This document shows positions 19,864-29,571 of a DNA stretch of 64,000 nucleotides, piece after piece (position 1 is the first letter of the stretch; each line of letters starts with the position of its first letter). The notes beneath the pieces were generated by a model. The model saw only the letters and a list, made by a program, of their open reading frames with translations. It had not been told where the DNA came from and did no database searches. Location of the stretch: the IMG/VR virus record IMGVR_UViG_3300029338_000356, positions 42,633 to 106,632 of that record; one strand, 5' to 3'. The translations under genes were made by a program, and so were the position numbers. This DNA comes from a virus.

Positions 19864-21074
19864 TTACGCCCACGACCTTTCTTTCCTTCACTGTTCTTAG
19901 CGTTCGGATTGAATCTTTCCGGATTGAAACCACGGTCGGGCAAAGCCCAGTTAAGAATGTTCTCCCTAGCAAAAGCAAGACCGGGGTCATCCCATCTGAC
20001 ATCACCGTTGGCGATATGGTTGCTTGCCTCGACCGTCTGATATTCGGTTCCGAGAAACGTTCCGTATCTCGTATAGTCGAGTCGTCTGTAACCTTGCAGT
20101 CCGACCGGAACGGTGTCCTTGATTCCGATGAGTTCCTTCGGAAGATGATGCTCAGCCAAGGCCGTCAGCAGATTCAACGCGTCTATCTGCGTCTGCCTTC
20201 CAGCCTTGACGATAACCAGACAAGGGTCTCCCGATTGAATGTATGGAAGCAGTAAACCGTTGGCGATATTCTCCCTATCATCCAAATCGTCCGCGCTGAT
20301 TCGGTCAAGGTCGAGCACGACGAAATCCCACAGTCGGCGTGCCGCTTGGATGTACTGACGGTATATCTGCCAGTCCACTCCGATACCGGCTGGAGGTGCG
20401 AAACAGATGTCGTATGGAACCCCAAGGTCACGTCCTCGATTGGCTCCGACCTGCACCTGCATGCCCGGTCGCCAGTCGGCTATCGTATGCAATGGCTTGT
20501 CCTGTCTCGGGTCGAAAAAACTACGTTGGCTGGACTGTCTGATGTTGCCGTCGATGAGCAGAACTCGTAATCCGGCTTGCGACGCACGGTCTGCCAACTG
20601 TCGGCTGGACGTGGTCTTCCCCACTCCTCCGGTGTTGGATGTGATGGGTAGGAGAACCGCAGTCTCCTTCACTTTGTTTTGGAGGATATCGACTACGAGA
20701 CGCTTGTCCGCAAGCTGGATTCCCCAATAAGTCCGTGCGAAATCAGCCACGCTCATGCGTAACATCTGTTCGCTCATGCCCATGGCTCCGACCGGTATCT
20801 GACCGGTGTTGCACCAGTAGACCATGTATCCGGCGTTGGCTATCGGAAGCCAGTTTCCAGCCCTGTCAGTGAAGATGATTCCCTTGAACCCGGAGGGCAC
20901 CGGATGTCTTATCAGATAGTCGGCCTGTGCTTGAATATTGTCTGCGGCGGGCACCTGCCAACGCATGTTTCCGGCTCTCGTAAGGGCCTTTTTGATGGTT
21001 GTGAGAAGCCCTCCGGAGCCGATTATCAGGGAAATCGTTCGTTTTTCCAATAAGACCGCCTCCTGATGGGTCAT
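19860..21074 (-). CDS. CpaE/TadZ-like ParA/MinD-family ATPase with N-terminal receiver-like domain
   Basis: 404 aa; deviant Walker A ITSNTGGVGKTTSSRQLA in C-terminal half, VLLIDGN, VVLDLD motifs; N-terminal ~130 aa non-ATPase domain. Confidence 0.6.
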   Translation of the reverse strand: MTHQEAVLLEKRTISLIIGSGGLLTTIKKALTRAGNMRWQVPAADNIQAQADYLIRHPVPSGFKGIIFTDRAGNWLPIANAGYMVYWCNTGQIPVGAMGMSEQMLRMSVADFARTYWGIQLADKRLVVDILQNKVKETAVLLPITSNTGGVGKTTSSRQLADRASQAGLRVLLIDGNIRQSSQRSFFDPRQDKPLHTIADWRPGMQVQVGANRGRDLGVPYDICFAPPAGIGVDWQIYRQYIQAARRLWDFVVLDLDRISADDLDDRENIANGLLLPYIQSGDPCLVIVKAGRQTQIDALNLLTALAEHHLPKELIGIKDTVPVGLQGYRRLDYTRYGTFLGTEYQTVEASNHIANGDVRWDDPGLAFARENILNWALPDRGFNPERFNPNAKNSEGKKGRGRK

Positions 21075-21969
21075 GTTCCGTTGTTTTCATCGGAACGTTT
21101 ACGGTTTTGTCCGAGTTCTGGCATTTATAGTTTTTTGATATTTAGTTTTTTGTTGGTTTTGCTGTTGCTTTTTTCATTGCATTGGCTGTTCCTGTATTGA
21201 TGTTACCTTGTTTTGATTGTCGTTGACCTTGTTAGTGAGACTATTGACCTTTTCGCTGTTGTCGTTTTGTGCTGTGGTTGTTGTGTGCCGTCGTGTTGAT
21301 ACTGATGTTCGGTTTGTTGTCTTGTGATGGTGTGGCTGTTGCTTTTCTTGTTTCTTGGGGTGTTTGGTGATGTCGTTCTTCTGTTCTGTATGTCATATGG
21401 GTTGATATGTTGTTCTTTTGGTGGATGGTTACGTTGCCTCTGTTGTTTTCATACGTTGTATTCCCGATTTAGGGGTAGGCGTTTCTTCTTCTATTGTCCT
21501 GTTCTTCTGTTGCTTCTATTTGATTAAGATTGCTGCTCTTATATTCTCCTTTTCTTCCTTTTGGTTTTTCTTTTCTTTCTGATTTTCTTGGTTCTTCTTT
21601 TTTGATGTGATGGTGTTTGGTTTCTTTTTCTGATTTTTGGTGGGTAGCGCTTCCTTTCTTTTAGTCTTTTTGATTTTTGGTTTTTCTCTTTTTTGAGTCT
21701 GCTATTCATGTTGACCTACCGGCGTGGACTGGATGGTTTTCATGGTTTTTCTGATAATGGTCGGGTGCTGTTCCTTTTTCATATTTTGTTGGGGACTCTT
21801 TTTGGTTCCGCTTTTCTGTTGGAACTACCGGCGCGGGCGGCGCGGGGAATTGTTTTTTTCCCGTTTTCCTCGTTTGGGGATGCTGTCGGGCGTTACACTC
21901 GTGAATTGAAAATACAGAACACCTCGTTCCGACTGTTAACAGCCTGTACGACCGGAGTGTTCGCCGGAT
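21075..21969. other. ~0.9-kb divergent intergenic region with extreme strand compositional asymmetry (plus strand G+T-rich then C+T-rich, almost no A)
   Basis: read directly: 21110-21420 TG-rich (TTGTTG/GTGTGG), 21480-21700 polypyrimidine (TTCTTCTTCT...CTTTTCTTTCT); no ORF >60 aa on the purine-rich strand. Confidence 0.8.
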
Positions 21970-22692
21970 ATGACGAAAGAAGGTATGATGCCAGACTTCA
22001 CCAATTGGGGATTCAACAACAACCAGCAGTCGGAGCAGGACAATGGTTACGGTTCCGACAATTATGCTGAACCGGAGCAGTCTTCTGTCGAGGAGTCGCA
22101 GACGGAATCCGATTCTCTTAATCAGGAGAGTTCGGAGCCTGTCGCTGACGTGTCCGCACCGGCTGATGGTGAGGACATGAACGTGGACGCTGAGTCCACT
22201 GAAACCGAAGACAAGCCGAAGGGGAAAGGTAAGGGCCGTTCCAATCGCAAACCGCGTGAGAAGACCATGCCGCACATCGAGGAACAGTTCGGCAAGAAGC
22301 TGATTCCTCTTGTCAAATCGTTGGATGACGAGCGTGTGGTTTCTCTTGCCAAGGCGTTGACCGATACGAAGAAGAGCACTCCGGAAGCAGTGCTGGACGC
22401 ATTGACCGAACCGAAGAACCAACGTCGAATCTCCGAGTTCGCGTCCGCGTTGGAAGGGTTGGCTACAGCCGAGCCGGGCATGATTGCCGCAGAGGTGACG
22501 TTGGTGTTCGCGCAGGGCAAGGATATGACCAACCTGCTGTTCTCCGTGCTGAACGCGGTCGCGCCGAAGAAGAATTTCGGCCGTCCGGTTGACGACCAGT
22601 CTCCTGCCGGAATGCGTAAGAACCTGAGCAAGATTGTCGATAATTGGGGTGACGGTGTTGACCTTTCCGTTATCGATGAGCTGAAAATCTGA
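21970..22692 (+). CDS. hypothetical protein with acidic low-complexity N-terminal half and basic KGKGKGRSNRKPREK patch
   Basis: 240-aa ORF, first plus-strand gene after the asymmetric region. Confidence 0.45.
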   Translation: MTKEGMMPDFTNWGFNNNQQSEQDNGYGSDNYAEPEQSSVEESQTESDSLNQESSEPVADVSAPADGEDMNVDAESTETEDKPKGKGKGRSNRKPREKTMPHIEEQFGKKLIPLVKSLDDERVVSLAKALTDTKKSTPEAVLDALTEPKNQRRISEFASALEGLATAEPGMIAAEVTLVFAQGKDMTNLLFSVLNAVAPKKNFGRPVDDQSPAGMRKNLSKIVDNWGDGVDLSVIDELKI

Positions 22693-22758
22693 GTTCCCAT
22701 TCCGACATCATTGAGGGGAGCCGTCCTTACGGTCGGCTCCCCTCTGTTCATACTCGAA

Positions 22759-23523
22759 CTATTGTCTGCGACGTAATCTCAAAGCGTCTTCGGACGAGTA
22801 CACTCCGAACGGGCTGATGGTCACACTGTATTTCGTTATACGATACGTCCACTCGTTCTGACTGTCGTTCAACTCCTTGAATCTATTTAGAAGATTCTGC
22901 TTGGAGAGGCTTTGCCTGCTTGCTGGAAGCAGTGATGGAAGGTCTGCCCGTTCGATGATGAGCCTATGGTCGTTCGGACAATACAATGCCGCCAATGCGA
23001 GCAGGTCTATCGCTATGGCGCTACCCGCGTTGGGGTACAGACACTTCAACGGCATCTGCCGGACGTTCCTTGTCATCATTTTTACGAACGGTTCCGTGAA
23101 CGTGATTTTCCGATGCTCGATAGTGAGACTGTCGGCGGTGATTTCGGTGTGTTCGACCGGCGTGACTTTGACTCCGTCCGCTCCGGTGAACTGGATTGAC
23201 GAGAGCATGAGAAGCTGGTTCCGGACGGTAGTGCGTCCGTCTCCTCCACTGTTCAAACCGCATTTGTTGGCGAGGAAGAAGAAGTCGTCACCGATGGTGA
23301 GCGTGCGGGTTTCCGCATCCCATTCGCGGCTTGGCGTGTTGATGAGAGTGGTGATGATTATGCTTAACAGTCTCGGTACTCTACCGGAGAAACTGTTCTT
23401 GGTTTTCGCACGATAGGGTGCGAACAGCGGATAGGATTCCGCGGTGAGATAGCCGATATCGTAGCCGAGTATCGTATGATAGTCGGCTTTCAGGGTCTCC
23501 AGCCCATAGGTTCCTTCGTTCAT
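22759..23523 (-). CDS. RepA_N-like protein, paralogue of the iteron-associated Rep
   Basis: 254 aa; shares segment pattern with 7495..8484 (YPLFAPYRAKTKNSF / RLLSIIITTL / GGDGRTTVRNQLLML vs FFPARKPDVNYIKK / RLFLLYIRTL / GGKSKRLLLESIKNL). Confidence 0.4.
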   Translation of the reverse strand: MNEGTYGLETLKADYHTILGYDIGYLTAESYPLFAPYRAKTKNSFSGRVPRLLSIIITTLINTPSREWDAETRTLTIGDDFFFLANKCGLNSGGDGRTTVRNQLLMLSSIQFTGADGVKVTPVEHTEITADSLTIEHRKITFTEPFVKMMTRNVRQMPLKCLYPNAGSAIAIDLLALAALYCPNDHRLIIERADLPSLLPASRQSLSKQNLLNRFKELNDSQNEWTYRITKYSVTISPFGVYSSEDALRLRRRQ

Positions 23524-23647
23524 TGTGTCTCCTTATAAAAATGACGGGCGTGTGGTTCCGTCGATAACACAATGATACCCCCAGTATTGTGAGGTCGGAT
23601 ACCAAAAGGTGCCGGTTGACAGCACCGTCCACCGGCACCCTTATAGG

Positions 23648-23956
23648 TTATAAGTCTTTCCTATCCGGCTTTGAACCGTTCCCATCCGTATCGGGTTTTT
23701 TATCCCTACCCACAGGTCTACGAAGTCCAGAACCGGATTGTCCGGCCACACGACGTTCCAATCGAAGCTGATACCGAATCTTCTCCAAGGTCTTCGACGT
23801 GTCCGTGATGTTCCCTTTACGGGCTTCACGAATCCACAGTTGACAACCCCGGTCGAGCATGACGACATCGGATAGTTTCGGTTGCCTTCCGGAACGTTTC
23901 AGTGACTTCGCCGGTGTCTGGTTTTGGTGTTGCTCATCGTCGCACATTCCGCCCAC
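23648..23956 (-). CDS. hypothetical basic protein
   Basis: 102-aa ORF; partially overlaps neighbouring ORF. Confidence 0.2.
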   Translation of the reverse strand: MGGMCDDEQHQNQTPAKSLKRSGRQPKLSDVVMLDRGCQLWIREARKGNITDTSKTLEKIRYQLRLERRVAGQSGSGLRRPVGRDKKPDTDGNGSKPDRKDL

Positions 23957-24161
23957 CTTTCCTTTTCACTGGGGTGGGCGAGCTGGTGTTGCGCCCACTT
24001 TCTCGCTTGTTTCATAGCGGCTTTCTTGCCGCCGTTGAGAGTGTGGGCAGTACCGTTCGCAATGGGAGTGAAGAATCCTTCATCTTCCACTTCGGCGCTC
24101 CACAGATATGACATGAAACCGTTTCTGCGGACATTGATATCGAACTTGTATCCGTCACGGT

Positions 24162-25118
24162 TCACTGGTTGGAAACCTCCATCTTCAGAGAGTTGAAAGC
24201 ATTGACGAACAGGTCGGTCGGAATGGTTTCCGAACCGGAAATCAAAGCCTTGCGGGCCAGATTGTCCACGGTTTGGACGATAAGGGCTGGACTTATGTTC
24301 TCCACATTGATGTCGCATGGTCGAACGTCGGCTTGGATATTCAACTCCTTAAGCCGGTGCATGATAATAAGCCTTGTCGTAGTCTTGTCGGGCAGTGTCA
24401 TGCGAACTCGAACGTCGAACCGACGCCATGCGGCACGGTCGATGAGACCGTCCATGTTGGTCGCGCAGATGAGAATGCAATCCTCCGGAAGCAGGTCTAT
24501 TTTCTGTAACATGAGATTGGTTGCCCGACGCATTTCAGCAACGTCATGGGAGTTGTCGCGCCGTGCCAGAAGCATGTCGCATTCGTCTATGAACAGGAGC
24601 TTTCGTTCCATGTGGAGCCGGTCGAACACCAAGGCGATATTGGTTAACGTCTTACCGAGCTGACTGCTGATAACACGGTCTGCACGAAGGATGACCCCAT
24701 CCAGCCCAAGCCTCTCCGACAGGATGGAAGCAAAGGTGGTCTTACCCGTGCCGGGCGCTCCAGTGAGCATGATTCGATTACGGGGAGCGAGATTATGCGC
24801 GGTCAGGACATCCAGTTTCCCATATTCGGCAACCAGCCCATCCAACAATCCCCGCACGGTCTTATCCCATACGGGCTTATGAGTCCCGTCCGGTGGGAGC
24901 AACGGTTCGGTCAACCCGTCAACCGGTGCCAGATTCGTGTTGACAGCCAGACCCTTCTCGCGTTCCGACTCCGCCAGCCGACGCAGATTCGTAGTGTAAG
25001 CGGTCGGCTTGGCTTTCTCCACCGAGTCGGCCAGCAAGTCGATTTGCTGGGACAGTTTCAAATGGTCTCCGTTGCATGCAGCTCTGACCAGTCGAAGCAT
25101 TTCCGTGCTGTTTAACAT
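24162..25118 (-). CDS. AAA+ ATPase
   Basis: Walker A LTGAPGTGKTT, Walker B LLFIDECD, sensor ICATN, arginine finger region. Confidence 0.7.
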   Translation of the reverse strand: MLNSTEMLRLVRAACNGDHLKLSQQIDLLADSVEKAKPTAYTTNLRRLAESEREKGLAVNTNLAPVDGLTEPLLPPDGTHKPVWDKTVRGLLDGLVAEYGKLDVLTAHNLAPRNRIMLTGAPGTGKTTFASILSERLGLDGVILRADRVISSQLGKTLTNIALVFDRLHMERKLLFIDECDMLLARRDNSHDVAEMRRATNLMLQKIDLLPEDCILICATNMDGLIDRAAWRRFDVRVRMTLPDKTTTRLIIMHRLKELNIQADVRPCDINVENISPALIVQTVDNLARKALISGSETIPTDLFVNAFNSLKMEVSNQ

Positions 25119-25217
25119 ACTGACCTTCCTGCTTTCTGAAAATGATTCTTGTCAATAAACGTTATGGTCAATGTTTGGGAAGTAGAAGGAAATATAAATA
25201 CGGCAGTCTTCCAATCT

Positions 25218-25448
25218 CTATTTGAGAGAGGAACCATAGACGATGATGGAACCCACCGAAACCGACAACACCAGCAGTGACACGACGGTCATCAGCCGAT
25301 AGTTGAACAGGTCTGAACGGGATTTCTCGTCAGGCATCCGACTCATTCTTCCTATCGACAGTCGAGCGTAATGCACCAGCGCGGTCAAGCTCAACGCCGA
25401 CAATATTATGAGAGAAACCATGCAACATATCTGCTCTTTGGAATACAT
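25218..25448 (-). CDS. small membrane protein
   Basis: 76 aa with two hydrophobic helices. Confidence 0.3.
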   Translation of the reverse strand: MYSKEQICCMVSLIILSALSLTALVHYARLSIGRMSRMPDEKSRSDLFNYRLMTVVSLLVLSVSVGSIIVYGSSLK

Positions 25449-25789
25449 CAGACGCCTTTACGAAGCCACAAATCTGGATGGTCGAGATACGGGTACAGTT
25501 CGGGAATCTTTCGCACAGCTTCCCGAATCCAACCGTTCTCGCAGATACGTTCTAAATAATCTAATGGCTTGCGTTGCAGGGACTTCGACTTGGTGTTCCG
25601 TGCCTTGTGGATTGCTTCCACAGCCTTCTTGTTCGCCTGTTGGAATGTGATTTTCCCTTTGGCCTTATCGTCCGAAATGGTTTGCAACCTTGCCATCAGA
25701 CGGTTGATGGTAGCCATATCCTTGGCGTATGGGCATGCCGGAATAGCTGTTCTGCTTATGTCTTCCTTGCCAAATCCGTTGCCGCTCAA
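25448..25789 (-). CDS. hypothetical protein, tandem paralogue A (NGWIREA motif)
   Basis: 113 aa; shares ITFQQAN / ENGWIREAVRKIPELYPYLDHPDLW with neighbour. Confidence 0.4.
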   Translation of the reverse strand: MSGNGFGKEDISRTAIPACPYAKDMATINRLMARLQTISDDKAKGKITFQQANKKAVEAIHKARNTKSKSLQRKPLDYLERICENGWIREAVRKIPELYPYLDHPDLWLRKGV

Positions 25790-26127
25790 ACCGTTGCCTT
25801 CCTTTCCTTTTTACGGCTATGGTCTCGATGTTTGCCCCACCGTTCCGGGCAGTCCAAGTCCGGGTAAACCAAGCCCATCTCGTTTGCCGCTTCACGAATC
25901 CAACCGTTGGTGCAAAGCTTGCAGAGTCGTACCATGGGGCCGCTCGTGGCGCGTGGCATTCCTCCGTTGGCGGTCGCCACCGCGTCCACGGCGAGATGGT
26001 TCGCCTCCTCATATGAGATTGTTCCGTCGCTTTTACCGTCGGCTATCTCCCACAATCTTTTACGCAGGTTGAAGAGCTTCTTGGCCTTCTCGAACGTTGG
26101 ATGGTATGTCTGTATGGTTTCCGGCAT
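25786..26127 (-). CDS. hypothetical protein, tandem paralogue B (NGWIREA motif)
   Basis: 113 aa; ISYEEAN / TNGWIREAANEMGLVYPDLDCPERW; 4-bp overlap with paralogue A. Confidence 0.4.
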   Translation of the reverse strand: MPETIQTYHPTFEKAKKLFNLRKRLWEIADGKSDGTISYEEANHLAVDAVATANGGMPRATSGPMVRLCKLCTNGWIREAANEMGLVYPDLDCPERWGKHRDHSRKKERKATV

Positions 26128-26186
26128 TGTCCTGTCCGAATACTCCTTTCAGTGTTGTCCACTGTGCTCGGATTGCGTTTTTCAGG

Positions 26187-26567
26187 TCAGAGTCCGGCCT
26201 GTTGGAAACGGCCAATCCAATATTTGTAGTCGGCGTCCGCATACGCTTTGTTGCATGTGGTGAGAATTTCCTGATATCGGACTTGAAGGTCGGGTTGGTA
26301 TCGTTCAGTGGACTTCGGGAGCACTGTGGTCATGGCCCCATGGTTGAACAGCAACACCTCACGGTCAGCGGCCTCGTGTTCGAGTTTGCGGTCGATTCCC
26401 TCAAACCATTGGTGTACCTCGTCGTCGTTTGGCAGTCGGCCTTCGCCAATCATTCTGCTCATGGTGTCCTTGAGGCTGAGTAACGCGTCCTGCATGCGTT
26501 CGTTTTTGAACAGGAGTCGTTCCACTTCGGTTCTCGGCTCTCGTTCGGTGTTGTTTTTATCGTCCAT
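26187..26567 (-). CDS. hypothetical protein
   Basis: 126-aa ORF. Confidence 0.4.
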   Translation of the reverse strand: MDDKNNTEREPRTEVERLLFKNERMQDALLSLKDTMSRMIGEGRLPNDDEVHQWFEGIDRKLEHEAADREVLLFNHGAMTTVLPKSTERYQPDLQVRYQEILTTCNKAYADADYKYWIGRFQQAGL

Positions 26568-26595
26568 TGGTTTCCTTCGTTCTTGCGAACATGCC

Positions 26596-26640
26596 TATGC
26601 CCCAGTCCGTTCGGGCTGGGGCATTCCTTTTTGTTTTTTA
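26596..26640 (+). terminator. intrinsic terminator-like hairpin
   Basis: GCCCCAGTCCGTTCGGGCTGGGGC stem-loop followed by ATTCCTTTTTGTTTTTT; lies at the switch between minus- and plus-strand gene blocks. Confidence 0.4.
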
Positions 26641-26814
26641 GGCGTCGAGTTTCTTGATGAAGTGAGCGAACAGTGCGGTGGAGCTGAGTAGAAATGTGAT
26701 GCTGGTGATTGCCATTACCACGTGGCCGTAATCCTGTCTCCACATGAGGAGTGCGCTGACGATTGTGATGAGTGTCAATGTCAGGTTGATGTTGTTTTCC
26801 GTCTGTTTGCTCAT
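26638..26814 (-). CDS. 58-aa two-helix membrane protein (below ORF-track cutoff)
   Basis: hand translation MSKQTENNINLTLTLITIVSALLMWRQDYGHVVMAITSITFLLSSTALFAHFIKKLDA; coordinates +/-1. Confidence 0.3.
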   Translation of the reverse strand: MSKQTENNINLTLTLITIVSALLMWRQDYGHVVMAITSITFLLSSTALFAHFIKKLDA

Positions 26815-27013
26815 GGTTTCTTCTTTTTTTTCTGGCGTGGTTGGGAGTGTGCGACTCCCTTTTTTGTGGACGATTCCAGTATAACAAAGGGTATGGTCGA
26901 ACGCAAATCATCCGACCGCGAATCCCCGAACGGTTGCACACCCCCACCTAATGTGTTAAGCTGACCTCGCCCACACAAAACATTCCACAAGAACGGGAAA
27001 GACCACAGAAACA

Positions 27014-27238
27014 ATGAGCGCAACCAAATACGACAACGGCAACACATCCACACTCCAAGTCATCGACAACGAGGGAACAAACAAGCTCACCATCCTCCAA
27101 TCCCCCAGCTTCGGCAAGGAACTCATGTTCACCATCACCGACAGCGACACCGCGACCAGCGTCGTCGTCAACGACATAGAAACCCTCCGCAAAATCAGAG
27201 ACTTCCTCAACGAAAGCATCCACTGGATGGAAGCGTGA
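27014..27238 (+). CDS. hypothetical small protein
   Basis: 74 aa, first gene of the plus-strand block. Confidence 0.35.
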   Translation: MSATKYDNGNTSTLQVIDNEGTNKLTILQSPSFGKELMFTITDSDTATSVVVNDIETLRKIRDFLNESIHWMEA

Positions 27239-27241
27239 ACC

Positions 27242-27793
27242 ATGGTCGAAGACACCGTTTGCACCATCGGCGTATATGGTGGCCGACAACCGTCCATACT
27301 CGTCAACAACCATCTCGTCTACGGTCGGATGCCCGACTCCGAAACCCAGCCGGACATCATCGCGGACGTTCCGAAAGACAGGCTCGTTGCCAACCTCAAC
27401 CCAGCCTCTGACGGCATGACGGACAGTCCCAGACTTCCGTTGGAACTGTTCGCCGCATGGCTCGCCAACGGTGACGTGGGCCTCAGCTCGCTCGCCATCG
27501 TCCAACGGCTCACCGGAATCACAATGACCGTGAACGGCACGCGCGAACATGGTTGCGAGGACACTCCGAAAGACCCCGGAGACCTACGTCGGATACTCGG
27601 AATGTTCGACATGGTGCCAGTCGCACGTGCCTATCTGAGTCTCATGCGCGACGTGTCGGACGATTGGAAAACCATCATCGACCATTGGAGCGAACTCGAA
27701 AAACAGTATCGGAAAGAGGAACACAATCCATCCGGTTGCGCTCCCAAAACCTACCGGATGTTGAAACGATTGAAGGAAGGAAACCATGCCTAA
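27242..27793 (+). CDS. hypothetical protein
   Basis: 183-aa ORF, 8-bp overlap with next gene. Confidence 0.4.
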   Translation: MVEDTVCTIGVYGGRQPSILVNNHLVYGRMPDSETQPDIIADVPKDRLVANLNPASDGMTDSPRLPLELFAAWLANGDVGLSSLAIVQRLTGITMTVNGTREHGCEDTPKDPGDLRRILGMFDMVPVARAYLSLMRDVSDDWKTIIDHWSELEKQYRKEEHNPSGCAPKTYRMLKRLKEGNHA

Positions 27794-29549
27794 CAAAGAC
27801 ATCAAAACCGAACCACGGTTCATGACCATGATTCAGAAAGACCTCCTCCCGACATGCAAGGCGTTGAATCTCGACGTTGACCCGTTCGCCAACGCGCGGA
27901 CAGTATTCATCGACCGTGACAGCGTAGGACGGATTCTCTCCTACATGAGCGACCATGAAATCAACCCCGAATGGTACGGCCTCCTGCCTGATAATCTGTT
28001 CGTCGGAACCGGACTGCCGGTACTCACCGGCGTCGAAGGCGAATACTTCGCACGTATGACCGGACGGAACCTCACCAAGAAAGTCGCGGCGAAAACATTC
28101 ATCGCGGACATGGAAGCCTACTGGCTGAGCAAGGACAATCTGAAACGGACTGACGGTACGAAAAGCAGCGGAACCACGCTCGGTTTCGGACGTTGCCCCG
28201 GAATGCGTGAGGCCAGCCGATACAACGAACGCATCTTCAAAAGCAACGAATACGAGTACACGAATCCCGTGGACGAGTACGGCATCGACACTGTTTCACG
28301 TTACCGTCAGGTTGGTGAAATCTACAATGAGGTCGACCAATGCTTCAAGGGAATGGCACAGGCGCGTACTCCCCTCGCACCATTCGTCTTCCTCACCCAT
28401 AAGGAATACGAGGGCGGACTGGACACGGTTGTGAACCACTGCCCATACATCACCCATTCGGACGCCACCCGCATCATCGACGGAATGAAACAGTTCCCTC
28501 CGAAACGTAGCGTGGACAGGTTCATGCTCGCTTTCACCATGACAGCGTTCGCGTTCGCCATGAATCAGGTCGAGGAATCCGAACAGTACGAGACGGTCGA
28601 AGTGAAACCACCGAAAACCGAAATCAGACGTCATTCCGGCGCTCCGAAAACCACGTTGCTCATCCATTTGAAACCGGAAGAGCCAGCACCCAAGGCCACG
28701 CCATCCTACGCCAGTGAAACCGACGAATACGATTGGGACAGCATCACCGGACGGGTCGAAACCATCACACCGGACGTTGCCAAGGAAATGCTCGGCGTGA
28801 ACACCAACAACCGCAACGTGAGCCGCACACAGGTCGAACTGTTCGCCCGAACCATGGCGCAGAAGGCTTGGAAAATGAACGGCGAAGCCATCAAATTCAG
28901 CAACACGGGACGCTTGTTGGACGGACAGCACAGGCTCCTCGCATGCGTCGAATCCGGTGTTCCGTTCCGCACTCTGGTCATTCGCGGACTGCCCGAAGAC
29001 ACGCAGGAGACCATGGATGCAGGCAAGAGCCGCACCATGGCTAACGTGCTCGAACTGAAAGGCCGTAACAACGCCAAACAGCTTTCCACCGTGGCCCGTT
29101 CCATCTATCTGAGCGAACAGTTGGGTGTGGAAGCCGCATGCGTCAACAACATGTCACCGACCCGAAATGAACTGCTGACGTTCATCGAAAGCACTCCGCA
29201 ATTGGAGGATACGCTACGACAGGCCAGCACGTTCTACACGAAAAGCAATCATCTCATGTCCACCAGCATGGCCGCGCTCCTCTACTGGACGTTCAACGAA
29301 ATCGACGGTGAGGCGTGCGAACGGTTCTTCGACATGCTCGCCTCCGGCGCTAACCTTGACGAGGGAAGCCCCATTCTCGTACTCCGCAACACGCTGTTCG
29401 ACATCAACAAGCGTGGAGCGCACAGCGACCGTCCAACCCGCCGACGCATCGTCGGAATCACCATCAAAGCATGGAACCAATGGCGTGAGGGAGCGACTGT
29501 GAAACTCCTCAAATTCTCTCCGAACGAACAGTTCCCGGACGCAATCTGA
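27786..29549 (+). CDS. ParB-like nuclease (ParB/Srx) domain protein with N-terminal domain of unknown function
   Basis: C-terminal half carries NNRNVSRTQVELFARTM...NGEAIKF...LLDGQHRLLAC matching the ParBc NpR...DG.hRl.Aa signature. Confidence 0.55.
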   Translation: MPNKDIKTEPRFMTMIQKDLLPTCKALNLDVDPFANARTVFIDRDSVGRILSYMSDHEINPEWYGLLPDNLFVGTGLPVLTGVEGEYFARMTGRNLTKKVAAKTFIADMEAYWLSKDNLKRTDGTKSSGTTLGFGRCPGMREASRYNERIFKSNEYEYTNPVDEYGIDTVSRYRQVGEIYNEVDQCFKGMAQARTPLAPFVFLTHKEYEGGLDTVVNHCPYITHSDATRIIDGMKQFPPKRSVDRFMLAFTMTAFAFAMNQVEESEQYETVEVKPPKTEIRRHSGAPKTTLLIHLKPEEPAPKATPSYASETDEYDWDSITGRVETITPDVAKEMLGVNTNNRNVSRTQVELFARTMAQKAWKMNGEAIKFSNTGRLLDGQHRLLACVESGVPFRTLVIRGLPEDTQETMDAGKSRTMANVLELKGRNNAKQLSTVARSIYLSEQLGVEAACVNNMSPTRNELLTFIESTPQLEDTLRQASTFYTKSNHLMSTSMAALLYWTFNEIDGEACERFFDMLASGANLDEGSPILVLRNTLFDINKRGAHSDRPTRRRIVGITIKAWNQWREGATVKLLKFSPNEQFPDAI

Positions 29550-29571
29550 ACCAGAAAGGAACAAGCCAAAC

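Noticed and set aside
21324-21527. 67-aa ORF (MMVWLLLFLFLGVFGD...) in the GT-rich block
   Set aside because: Low-complexity translation of a compositionally skewed non-coding region; no RBS; Leu/Phe/Cys-only composition.
21706-22422. 238-aa minus-strand ORF
   Set aside because: Antisense to the better-supported 21970..22692 gene and extends into the skewed non-coding block; typical GC-rich antisense ORF.
26838-26870. GGGAGTGTGCGACTCCC hairpin + T-run in the divergent region at 26.8 kb considered as a second terminator
   Set aside because: Short imperfect stem located inside a probable divergent promoter region; insufficient support to call.
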